This document shows, one piece after another, positions 1 to 11,150 of a stretch of DNA of 64,000 nt. How positions within the stretch are numbered: the stretch's first letter is position 1; every line of letters begins with the position of its first letter. Below the pieces are notes generated by a model, which was given only the letters and a program-made list of their open reading frames with translations, was not told the DNA's origin and made no database searches. Source of the DNA: Lama glama (taxonomy: Eukaryota); the NCBI GenBank assembly GCA_028534125.1, contig CM052830.1, positions 20,026,001 through 20,090,000 on the forward strand. The letters run 5' to 3'. Made by a program: the position numbers and the translations under genes.

Positions 1-94
1 AGACTAGAAGTACAACACTCCCCAAACTCACAGAGAGTGGCCAAATCTGACATCATCCCTTCCAGACCTTCACAGGGCAGATGGGGAAATGGAG

Positions 95-290
95 GCACAG
101 TGGGGAGAGGAATACAGGCTCTGAAGTCTGACCTGGAATTGAATACTGGCACCACCATTTCTTTGTGCTAGCACTTGAGCAAGTCACTACCTCCCTGTGC
201 CTCTATTTCCTTATCTGGAAGAGGAAATGGTTAAGTACTCTTGGCTAACCGCTGTCAGCACTGAGGCACCTAACAAACGGAGCTGTTGTC
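95..290 (+). mobile_element. MIR SINE fragment
   Basis: Core-like ttgagcaagtcactacctccctgtgcctctatttccttatctgg. Confidence 0.75.
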
Positions 291-1059
291 AGTAATTATG
301 CTGTAATTACACTGTCTGCTTAACACCTTCCCTAAGGTCACATAGAAAATTCCATAACTAGATCCCTGATTTCATATCACAACTCTTTACTGAACATCTG
401 CTATGTGCCAGGCACTCTGTCCACCTCTCGAGCTCCTCTCCTTCGTAGATGCCCTCTGCCCAGCTGCCTGGCTTCCTCCCTAACTCCTCCACATTCCTGC
501 CTCCTTCCTGATGCCAAGCATTTTCCCTTGCTGTTTCTTCCGCCTAGATTTCCCTCCATCCTCCTCTCTACAAAGCTAAGTTCTCTTTCAATCTACCAAG
601 ATCTTTTCCAGCCCTGTCTCCTCCAGGAAGCCTTCTCTGATTGCCCAAATGTGATTTAAAACCTAACTGCTCCCAAGTTCCACATTCTGTCTCCTGGGTG
701 CAACTGGGGGTTCCTTCAGGTCTGGGACTAGTCTCCTCCTCAACCTGTCTCCACAGTGTGGCTGAGCAAAGGCTGGTGGGAGGGTTCTGGGCCAGTCCAG
801 GCCAGGGCTGGGAAGGCAGAGGCTCAACTACCAGGATCATGCAAGCTGATGTCCATGCAGAAGGGCCAGGGAAGGCCTCTAGCTACATCTTAACTAGCTG
901 AGCCCACTTTCTTCCCTGATGGGTCCCAATCTCTGCATGGAGATCTCCTCGTGTGGTGGCAGCAGACGAGGCCTCAGGTGTGAACAGCACTTTACAGTTA
1001 TGGCGCCCACAGTCTCACTGGGGGCCATGAGGAACATGGAGCCCAAGGAGCTCAGACAC

Positions 1060-1260
1060 TTGACACCCACATTCACAAGCACAGTCCCACACATACAGCA
1101 TTAACGCACAACGACACAGTCACGCATTCATTCTCACACATAACCACATAAAATACATGGTGGCACACAGCCATGGACGCACACCCTCACACGGAGTTAC
1201 ACAATACACACACTGACACACAATGACAACTACACATCCATGAACACACACACACCATGA
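1060..1260. repeat. Degenerate CA-rich low-complexity tract
   Basis: Interrupted acac runs across ~200 bp. Confidence 0.7.
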
Positions 1261-1721
1261 AGGGGCGGCCAAGCCAGGGTGGTGGCCCCGGATCAGCATT
1301 GCTGGTTGCGGAGGCAGTAAAAACATGACCATTTCCCTTCATCTGGGCATCTTTCTGGTTTCCCCTCCTTTTTCTGCACATTTTTCATCATAGTCTTAAG
1401 AACACCAGTGTCGACATGCTAACTTGAAAGATGACTGCAAAAGTGCCACCTTAGGGAAAGTGCTCAGGGCACCAACCCTGCACTCCCCGACTTCCACCCA
1501 CACATTCCCCACAGGGCTCGGGACGCCTCCACATGTGTGCACACACACCCAGCGCTCCACGGCCCACGCACACTCATGTGCACTGCCTCACACACACCAT
1601 CCAGGCTCCCACATGCTGACCTCAGAGAGACCTTGGAGCCCAGCCCCGGGGAGTGGCCCCACCTCTGCTGTGCAGGTCTCCCCACCCATACCTGTGACCC
1701 CTACATCTGGGGGAGTGGGTC

Positions 1722-2051
1722 GGGAACCCAAGCCTGAGAAGGAGTCCCACCACCCGTGAGCAAGGTGAGATGCTCAGGGCCCTGCTGCCTCCCTCTTTGT
1801 CAAACCCCTCACCCTTCTCTCTCCCCAGCTATGTCCCTGTCTCAGGGTCACCTCCTCCAGGAGGCCTCTCTCATTCCCAGGAATCATCTTGGTTTGGTGT
1901 TTGAGACAATGTCTTGAGAAGAGTTTTCTTGGGTAGTCTGCCCAGGGTCTTGGTTCTGGGCTGACAGGACAGGAGTCCAAGCCCCCAGAACAAGAATGGT
2001 TGTGAGCCATTCTTGTGGGATGGTGGGCCTCCTTCCCAGGTTTGGGTTCCC
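1722..2051. repeat. 34-bp imperfect inverted repeat (30/34) with 262-bp spacer
   Basis: 1722-1755 gggaacccaagcctgagaaggagtcccaccaccc versus reverse complement of 2018-2051 gggaacccaaacctgggaaggaggcccaccatcc. Confidence 0.9.
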
Positions 2052-3403
2052 TCTTCACACCCTCAGGTTGGGCTCATCAGACACTGACCACGTGTGGGGG
2101 TTGACTCCAGGGACCGGCATCAGAGAGGAGGGGGGTTCCGGTGAGCCAGAATAAAACAGGAGGGGAAGGGAGCATCACACAGGCAGAGGCCGGGCCCCAC
2201 AGACCTTATGGAGGTCATTTTCCATCTTTGTGCCTCGGTTTCTTCATCGGTCAATGCACATATTGTGAAGACCAAGTCAAAGTGCTTTTGATCTAAAAAC
2301 GCCACGTAGGTGTTAGGGTCCCATGGTGTTTTCCTGCAGGGTGTCCACCGGGAAGTCTTCTGTTCTCCTGAGCCACAGAGGTGTCCCTTCAAATCCCCAG
2401 AGGAGAAGACAGAAGGTGTGAAGATAGGGTAAAGAAAAGCAGTAAGGGGCGGAGTTTGCCCTAAGGGACAGACAGAAGGATGGTGAGGAAAAGAAAGGCA
2501 GCCACAGATGCCTATGAGCAAGGGCTGTCTGGAATTGCCCAGAAGCTGGGGCTCAGCCCCCAACCCTGGCACAGGCCGCCTCAGGGCGCAGGGCCCTTGG
2601 TAAAGAGCCCAGCCTCCATCTCGTTAGCCAAGACCCGCTCGTTAATCACGGCGGGCTGCCTCTCCCTGCCTTGGCTGTGTCAGGCCATAATAATATATGA
2701 AGAACATTCATTTATTCACCAACTTCCCACTCAGGAAAAGATATATGACGTTGTAGGAATGGATTTATCCTGACACCCAGCTTTCAGCAAAGTGAGGCTA
2801 ATTTAAACATTTAAGTCGACGTCTCGCCCCTCCCCTCGACTCCCAATTTTTTTCTTAAATGGTGGGAGGTGAAGGATGAGAGGGAAGTTGAAAATGCTCA
2901 AGCCTGCATGGTTTGAGAATTGGAGGCAATGGAGAGGAAAGGGGATCTTGGCCAGCTTTCGCTCTGGCCTCTCCCCTACCACTCATCCTGGCCCTGTCTC
3001 AAATAAAATCAGTGCACCAGTGGGTGTGGGGGAGACAGCACTGAGCCAGAGGTCGGAGTCCTGCTCCACCACTAATTCACGGCACCCTGATGAGCCCCTC
3101 CTCATCTCTGGCCTCCATTCCCTTTTCTGTAGAGCAGCGGGTTGAGCAAACTAGCCCCTGTCCAGGTCCTTTCCAGCTTTGGGAGCTGGGTTCTTGTGTC
3201 CTCTTCTGGGCATCTCCTCACCCCTGTGGTCCATCTTCATGTTCTGGGGAGACAGAGGAGAAGCAGGGCCGAGATGGCCACCCTGCTAGGGAGAGTCAAC
3301 TGAACCTAGACGAGTTCAGAGAAGGCTGGGCAGTCAGGGTGTGCTTCACGGAGGAGGCAAGGCTTAAGTTCAAGCCAAGGGGGCAGCCAGATCTTGAGCT
3401 CTT

Positions 3404-3647
3404 TAAGAACACAGTCTCCAGGGCTAGACACTTAGCCTCAAATCCCTGCTTTCCCATTTACTCTGTGGCTTTGGCAGTTTGCTTCCCCTTCCTATGCCTC
3501 AGTTTCCTCATCTGAAAAATGATGATAAGAGTGCCTACCCTAGAGGGTTCTTGGGAGGATTAGCTGGAGCCACCAACCATGAAAAGCCCCTGATACCGTG
3601 CTCGGCACAGAGGAAGTACTCAGGCAACATGAGCATCACCGTCATCA
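3404..3647 (+). mobile_element. MIR SINE, near full length
   Basis: gcctcagtttcctcatctgaaaaatg core followed by the 3' part ...ctcggcacagaggaagtactcag. Confidence 0.88.
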
Positions 3648-3964
3648 GGGATGGGACAAGAGGGGAGGGGGAAATATCTGGGTGAAGCCAGTCTGCCCCA
3701 CGTGTCCTCACTTCAGCCCAGGCCTGTGTGAGATGTCCCAGGGTGGGTCTGCTCCACTTAGTCCATCGGGAGCCCACGAGGCCCCTGACCGAGGCAGCAG
3801 GATTTCTCTGCTACAGGCTGAGACCAAACCACCCCACCTGCCATGAGCAAGAAATAAAATCAGGGCCTTCTCTGAAGCCCTGGAAAGCTCTTAATAGCAG
3901 GGCAGGGGAGTAAGTAGCAGGCACCCAGGGGGCGGGCATGTGACATGAGTAAATAAAACGCCTT

Positions 3965-4012
3965 CGCGCGCGCGTGTGTGTGTGCGCGCGCGTGCGCCTA
4001 TGTGTGCGTGTG
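3965..4012. repeat. (CG)5(TG)5(CG)4 mixed dinucleotide tract
   Basis: Read directly at 3965-3996, continuing as tgtgtgcgtgtg. Confidence 0.92.
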
Positions 4013-4269
4013 CAGACACAGGCACACAATGCCTTTCCCCCACAGCTCCCTCTCCCTTCACTGGCCTCTGATCTGAGGTTACAAGCCACCAGCTGCCCAC
4101 AGAGTCCTTGGGCCTGAGAGTGGGCTGGTGTGGAGGCGAGGTACAGGTGGCAAGGGCCCAGCCCAGACGGAAGACGGGAGGGCAGCTGGAAGGGAGGACA
4201 GAGACCTGGGAAGCCTGCTAACCCCACACTGCCAGAGCCAACTCGGCTCAGGTGGGCCTGGGACAGCAG

Positions 4270-4410
4270 GCCACGGCCAAGTTACTCTCAAAACCTCAGT
4301 GTCCTCACTGAGCCAAATAACATCAACTTCACAAGGTGGCTGCAAAGACGAAGTGAGGTCGTGTACTGAGGCACCAAGCCCAGGGCCTGGCACCGCAGGT
4401 GCTCAGCGTG
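4270..4410 (+). mobile_element. MIR fragment
   Basis: ggccaagttactctc...cctcagtgtcctcact...gggcctggcaccgcaggtgctcag. Confidence 0.65.
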
Positions 4411-4761
4411 CATCCCTCGGGGCCCCTCCCCCAATTTCGGGGGTGCTGAGAAAGCTGAAAGCAGCTTTCCTCTCACACCTCGCCAGAACGGGAGACCCCA
4501 TTAGGCAGTGATGGATTGGAGCCAGCAACAGGGAAAAAAGGTGCCAGCTTATGTGGGGGCGTCTGCATCTCTGCAAATCTCGCTCTAATTGAGTGTCCTA
4601 TTAAAACACGTTGATTGGTAACGCCGTCATTTTAATAAAAGAGTTCCTGTGTTATTTTTACAAGTCATAACTGAACAAACATGTCGAACCATCTCCCCCG
4701 GCCACACCCGCGGGGAGCCTGGCATCTGAGCCACATCCTGTAACCAGATGTCACAACTCAC

Positions 4762-5000
4762 CTGGTGCCAGCGGTGCCCACGACCCACAAGGCCCGGAGG
4801 GCAGCCACCCCACAGACAGTGACTGTCAGAGGTCTAAGAGGCCCCCTCCCTCCCCAGGCAGGCCTGGGTGACAATTCTAAGGAGGCGGCTTTTTTCCCTC
4901 CTCGAAAGGAAGCTTGGCGGTGACTCACGCCTGTTTGCCTGTTTCCCCGCAGCAGCCTGCTTCTGTGTTGTCGCTCAGGCACACCTGATGACTGCCTCCC
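4762..5000 (-). other. Candidate internal non-coding exon (239 nt; alternative donor gives 72 nt, 4929-5000)
   Basis: Minus-strand acceptor CCCTCCAACCCCTACAG|G at 5001/5000. Consensus donor CAG|GTGAGT at 4762/4761 and weaker GGC|GTGAGT at 4929/4928. Confidence 0.3.
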
Positions 5001-5184
5001 CTGTAGGGGTTGGAGGGCACCCTGGGGTGGGAGAGGTAACATTTAACACCCCGGGCTGGAAGTGGAGAGGATCAAGGAGGCAGAGTGAGCCCAACCACTG
5101 AGGGTGCCCTGGGCCCCACCCAGCGACTCCAGCCCCACTGGGCCTCAGTGCCTAGCCATCTAAAAGCAGGGGTCGGACCATGCA

Positions 5185-5456
5185 CAGGGGCTGCAAACTG
5201 GGCAACAGCGTGTTTGGCTTGGCCTGCTCAGTGGTTTTTAAGAGATTCAAGTCAGTTGCCAACTTTTATAAATCACACAGAAATCTGGGCTTTTCTTGGA
5301 AAAATCTAACCTGGCCACACAGGGCCTGCATTCACATGTGGCAACAATCTGGTGGTGCTGATGGTGTCCCTTTGGTCCCCCACAGTCCCCACCCAGCCTG
5401 CTTCGTTCATTTCCATTCCCTGCCTGCTCCCTGGAACATCTGAGTTGGAGACTGCC
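5185..5456 (+). mobile_element. hAT-Charlie non-autonomous DNA transposon, MER102-like
   Basis: CAGGGGCTGCAAACTGG terminus and internal blocks (agttgccaac, gggcctgcattcacatgtggcaacaat, cacagtccccacc, catctgagttggagac) resembling MER102 as recalled. Confidence 0.8.
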
Positions 5457-6089
5457 CCCTCCAAACCGGGCCTCCAGTTGTAAGGTTCCAAGTCTCTAAA
5501 CCTGTGCTCCGCCTGGGGCTGGGGGAAGTGAGGCACAGGAGGAAAAGGGGGTTAACAGGACTCAGAGCTAGACCCAAACTGGGAATACAATGCAGGAACA
5601 TACACACAAACCACAGAATTTATTGTCAACGGTTTTACTTTGTGTTGTTATTAATTAGTATCCATGTTCAATTCACACCATCCTGTTAAACCAAACATTT
5701 GCTCCAGTGTATGGGGTGGGACAGTGCTGGGACCTGCCATCCAACTGTGAGGGACCAGGCCTCTGCAGCCCAGTCCAGACACAGGACCGCACATGATCAA
5801 AGGCTGTCCTCGGGGCTGGCTGATAGCCCAGGAGCCGGGATGGATATTCTCTGTTTTCAAATTTGGGGACCTAATAACCAGTTTAAAAGGTTGAGTTGTA
5901 ATTGTGCAAATACACAGAATGAAATAAAAGCTTTTTTCTGCTATGATTGTGCTCTTTTCAGTTAAGATGTCTAGACTCCAGAAATACCATTAATCTGGTC
6001 CAGGTCAGGCACAGGACATTACAGGTAAATAATCTCCCACCGTAATTAAGTGCAGGAAGGAGAGATTTCACGTTCAGATCTCTTAGCTA

Positions 6090-6400
6090 CCTGGTGAACA
6101 CCTTTCCACTTCCAGCACTCAGTCCATGGGCCCCCTCCTCCACGAAGCCTTCCCTGACTTACCACCCGAGGGGCATACCACTCCCTCCACAAGACCTCCC
6201 ACTCTGCCAAGCAGCCCCTCACACCTCTACCTCTGTCCTAGGGGCCTTCACTGTAACACATCTACTCACAAACCTGCCTCCCCACAGGGCTGGGAGCTCC
6301 CTGAGGGAGGAACTGGGTCTGGATGTTCTGTCACCCCAGTACCAGCTTCAAGACCCAGCTTGGCACACAGTAGGTGCTTAACAGATGTTAAAAAACTAAT
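6090..6400 (+). mobile_element. L2 LINE 3' fragment
   Basis: cctcctccacgaagccttccctgac...gagctccctgagggagg...cttggcacacagtaggtgcttaacagatgtt. Confidence 0.85.
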
Positions 6401-7139
6401 GGAGGACCAAAGGTGAGGAGGCAAGAGAGAGAAATCCCAGAAAGGGATGTGCCCACCCACCCCCGCCCCCGAGGCAGACAAGCATGCCCCGCCTCACCCC
6501 GCCCTCACCCAGTTGGCAAAAGCTGCAGAATTAAGCACAAGTTATAATTAAGACGGGATGTTTGAAGAGAAACATAATCTCCGTTTCCGTGGGATCCGCG
6601 GGCACAACAGTAATTAACGTCTCATTAACATTCGCCTAATTAAGCAGTTTATGAAAGTGTATGGATTTGCATACTGCCACGCCAGGCTCAAGGCGGGCAA
6701 AATTAACCCCTCAGGCCTCGGGTTGGGGTTGGGAGGCAAGGAGGGCTGGGTGAGGCCTGGGGAGGAGGCGGGGTGGAGGAACACCAGTCACTTGAGGCTG
6801 AGGGGAAGGGATGGTCCTCAGGGGCCAACCTAGCACCTCCCACAGCCCCACCTCGCCAGCCCCTCCACCGACCTGAGGGTGAACAGCTCACTCCTCTCCT
6901 CTTCCAACTCACTGGGCCAACATCAGAGTTTCTCAAAAAATACCTTTTATAAGGAAATGAAGGTCATTTGCCCCACCCCCTCCACCACCCCGGCTTTTCA
7001 GCCCCCACTACTGACCAAACCCTGAGGGTCTCCCTGCAAAGCTCACTGCTCAGCCATGCTTCTGGGTGCCCACCATTCCCCGGGGCTCTCTGCAGGGAAC
7101 AGACCTTCCAATTAAAAAACCTTTTTAGCTTCAGGTGCT

Positions 7140-7295
7140 TTTACCTGCATTACCTCACTCAGCCCTGCCAGCTTCCTGAGGGCTGAGTGAGTGCCATCCC
7201 ATTATATCCCAAACGAGAGAGGCTCAGAGAGGTCTAGACCCTGCCTAAGATCACAGAGCTGGTAGTGACAGACCCCAGGGCTCTGTGACCCCAAA
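7140..7295 (-). mobile_element. MIR fragment
   Basis: gaggctcagagaggtctagaccctgcctaagatcacagagctggtagtgacaga. Confidence 0.78.
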
Positions 7296-7739
7296 ACCCC
7301 TCCCACTTCCCCAGGCTGCTCGATTTGGATACAAACATTCCCTGCCAGCAATAACAGCACACTTGTAGCCCCGCCTTGGGAAAAGGCAAGCGGCTCCTTC
7401 TCCCCTCCCCTGGACACCTATTAACCACCCCCCTGGGGGCCTCCTCAGCTCCCAGCCCAGCCACCACAGCTGGATCTGAGCTGCAACCTGAGTCACTCGT
7501 GATGTGGCCATGGCGGGAGGCCTCAGCTCCCCAAAGGACAACAAAGAAAGGGGCCTTTTAGGACAGTGTCAAGGCTCAAGTAAAGCATTTCTCTCCAGAG
7601 CACTCCGAAGCCTTGATCACTGCGTGCATTTTGGTTGTTCATTAATTATCTTTTTACTCCTTGAGCTCCATGCCCACTGCAGTGATGCCCACTGTTCATG
7701 TGCCTCAGACACTGGTCAACTCTGTCCATTCTTAGGGCA

Positions 7740-8450
7740 GATTCAGACAACTTTTCTCAGTGAAAATTTAGCAATATATATCATGAGCCTTAAAAAATGC
7801 TCATTCCCAACAAGCTATAAAAAGCATAAGCCATAAAGGTGAGAAATTTGACTTTATTTAAATTTATAGAAATTTAAAGCATCTGTGCAACCGAAGACAT
7901 CACAAAGGGAAAAGACAAGCCACAGACAGGCCAGGAGAGTAGACCTGCAGTACATACAGCTGACAAAAAATCCGCTTCCAGGCTACATAAAGAACTCTGC
8001 AAATCAATAAGATAAAGACAAATCGCCCACTTTTTGTAAAAGGCAAAGAATAGGAACAGGCAATTGGTGGGTGAGGAGACCCAAAAGGCATGACAAGACT
8101 TCACCCCAGCGCAGCAAAGCCAAGTAAAACACAATACAACTCTGTAGCCATTAAGTCGGTAGCCACCTAAAAAGTCACAGTGCCGAGCACTGTCGGGCTG
8201 TGGGGCAACAGGACCACTCGTTCATTGCTGGTGGCAGTGGAACTTGCCACAAGCGTTTGAGGAGACAATTTGGTCTTATCTTGTAAAGCTGAAGATGCAT
8301 ATAGCCTACCACCAAGCAATTCCACTCCAAGAGAAACTCCCACACACACACGAGGAGGATGTAAAATGCTCACAGCAGCCTTGTTTGTAAGAGTGAAAGG
8401 GACAATGCTCTAAATGTCCACCAGCAGGAGAACGGAGCAGCTGTGGGATG
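7740..8450 (+). mobile_element. Ancient L1 (L1ME-type) ORF2 3' region fragment
   Basis: A-rich, degenerate L1 motifs: taaagaactctgcaaatcaataag, cattgctggtggcagtg, caagcaattccactcc, cacagcagccttgtttgtaa, ctaaatgtccaccagcagga. Confidence 0.85.
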
Positions 8451-10630
8451 TGCAGATTAACTGCAGCAGATTGAACACATGCATTTACCTTCACTCCTTT
8501 CCAAAACCCCATTACAACAATAAAGGATCTTTTTTTATACATAAATCCACAAGGACAAAGAATGGAAGAAGAGGAAACAGCAACATGATTTTGGAAGTTG
8601 GAAAGCAGATGGGTGAGTGGTAATTGGTTTGGCAGAGCTGAGAAAGCAAGTCCCAGTCCTATTACCTGGCAGAACCCACCCAAACACTCAGCTAAATGGT
8701 GGCACCAGGTGGCCCTGGACATAGGGATGAAGGACTGGTTAGAAGGCAAGATGCAGGTAGACCCCAAGGAGCTCCCAGCTCTGCCCAGAGAAGACTGGGA
8801 GACACCTGGCTGAGGGGAGAGTGGGGGACCATCCTGAACACTGAAGGAGTAGGTGAAAGTTTCTGTGCTGGATTTCAGTCTCGACCCCAGCCTTCCTCTC
8901 CCATTCAGCTCCAGGAGGCGCTGCCATCAGGGCTCCCCAGTGAACCAGCCACAGAGAACCCACAGTTGGTGAGCCCGCCCCCACACAGGGGACACCAATC
9001 AGTGTTTAGTGCCCCAATCCTAAATAAGAGCTACCAACCAAGCATCTCCAGACATCTGAACATCAGCTCCACCAACTCAAGGGCTTTTGACCATTTTGTT
9101 CAGGGCTACAGAATGGGGCTGGCACAGAGCCGGCACTCCATAAATTTCTTCCGAGTGAATTAACTGAGGAACCCTCTAATAAGAAAGACAGAGTTCCAAA
9201 CAAGAAAGCAAACTGAAAAGAAAAAAAAAAACCCAACTTGACAGAAAAAGGCAATGCGAATAGAAGAAAACTTAAAAAAAGAAAGTGCAAGCTATTATTA
9301 TCCTCAGAGAAATAAAATATAGTATCCATGAAACAAGAACTGGATACAACATATTTTAAAGAGAACATTCAGCAAATAAAAAGAAATCTTTGAACTTTAA
9401 AATTTATAAAGCGGAAACCAAAACCTCTGTTAGAAGTGTAGAACAGTAACACTGAGGATCTCCTAGAAACAGGGACACAAAGATGAAGAGATGTGACAAA
9501 GGAGGGAGAAGATAAGGAAGTTAGGGTCCCTCCAAGAAACACATGTGGTTAGTTGGGGTTCCAGAAAGAGAGAACAGAAAATAGAGGTCAGGAAATCATA
9601 AAGGAGAAAATCAAAAACTTTTCTGGAGCTGAAGAACATGAACTTCCAGCCTGAAAGGGCGGCCCCTCACCAGAGCCCAGAACGGCGAGTTCTCAGAACC
9701 CCGAGGGGAAGGGAAGGTCCGACCGGCATCCAGAAAGAAAACTCGGTGAGCATGCCCAGAACCATGTCAGAGTAGCCCTGGACGCTCCACACCAGCCCTG
9801 CAAGCAACGCTGCAGGGCGGCTTTAAGGCAGGGCCCGCTTTTAAAGTCTGCGAAGAAAGATCTTCATCTGGAATTCTACACACAGTCAGACTGTCAGTCA
9901 AGATTGGGGCAGAAGGAAGAGTTTTCAGACATGCAAGGTCCCAACGCATGTACTTCCCACGCACCTTTTCTGGGAGCCATTGGAGGACGTGTTCCACCAA
10001 AATAAGAGCGTCAATCGAGAAGGGAAGCAAGAGATCCAACCCAAGGAAGGTGAAGGGAACCCCGAACAATGGAGGGGGGCCATCCCAGCATGCCTGCCCC
10101 ACAGTAGGAGTCCAAACAAATCAAATTGGAGCAGGTCAGAGGCTTGGGGAGGGACTTCCTCAAGAAGATGAAATTGATAGAGTACTTTACGTGTTTATGT
10201 TGACCAAAGATTTATCCAAATGGGGGAGAGCTGGGAATTGAATAAGTGATAAGTATTAAAAAAAAAAAACTTAATCCCTCCCACCCCTCCAATTCCACAA
10301 GAAACAGACAGTTATGAACTCCAGGGAAAACAGAGCTGTCAAGAAAGGAACAGTAATCAGCGTATTCTAAACGGCTTGGCTGGGAACTTCAGCAAACCAA
10401 AAATGTGGTGAGTGGGGTGGGAAGCTGCGGGATGGTGGTCAAATGGAGCTAAATCCTCAGCTTCTATAGTAAAAGTCACTAGGCAATGCCTGAAATAAAA
10501 CCAAGGAACAGCCCTAGACGCCAGTTATTTAGAAGTAGGGAAGTAAACACACAAATAATCCACCAGAAAAGTTGAAAGAGCCTGCTCCAGAGGAGTGGCA
10601 AGTGGTCCGGGGGTTGGGAAGAGGACCGCA
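8450..10630 (+). mobile_element. HAL1 (half-L1)-like element, largely complete but decayed
   Basis: 5' end ttgaacacatgcatttacc...ataaatccacaaggacaaag...ttttggaagttggaaagcagatgg. ORF1-like middle (ggggttccagaaagagagaacag...ggagctgaagaacatgaacttccag). 3' end ggagctaaatcctcagcttctatagt...gttgaaagag. No ORF2. Confidence 0.75.
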
Positions 10631-10944
10631 GGGTTCAGGACAAAGTAACACAATGGCTTCACCCACTGCCAGTGGGGCCACCTCTGGCCCTGAACACCCC
10701 ATCCCCTGCCCTAACCTGTGAATGTTCACTGTCCCTGCACCCCAGGCACCAGCACCCCAGCCTCCTGGCCAGCTCCTGCCCCCACCCTTGCTGGGTCTCA
10801 GTACCTGCCCACCCCCACCCTCCCTCAAAGGGGCAGACAGGGAGGCCCTCAGCTTCCTCTTCCTCCTCTTCTCCGTGGTTGGGGGCTTCCTGGGGGTGGG
10901 GGGTCTGCCCGAGCCAGCAGTCCACTGAGCTTTTCTTTCTACTT

Positions 10945-11150
10945 CTCATTTAACAAATAGTTATTGAGCGCCTCCTCTGAACCAGGCATCAGGGCTGTGA
11001 ACAAGGCAGCAGCAAATTAAGCAAATAAAGCAATAAATACAAATTGTGGGGAGAGCCATGAAGGAAGAGAACGAGGTCTGTGGAAGGAGAACTCTGATTT
11101 CTGCATGAAGACACTGAGGGGCAGGCTGAGATGGTGACAGGGATATGAGT
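10945..11150 (-). mobile_element. L2 3' fragment
   Basis: catttaacaaatagttattgagcgcctcctctgaaccaggcatc...gtgaacaagg. Confidence 0.75.

Noticed and set aside
9180-10000. Intact L1/HAL1 ORF1
   Set aside because: Many stops and frameshifts; the ORF track shows no long plus-strand frame here.
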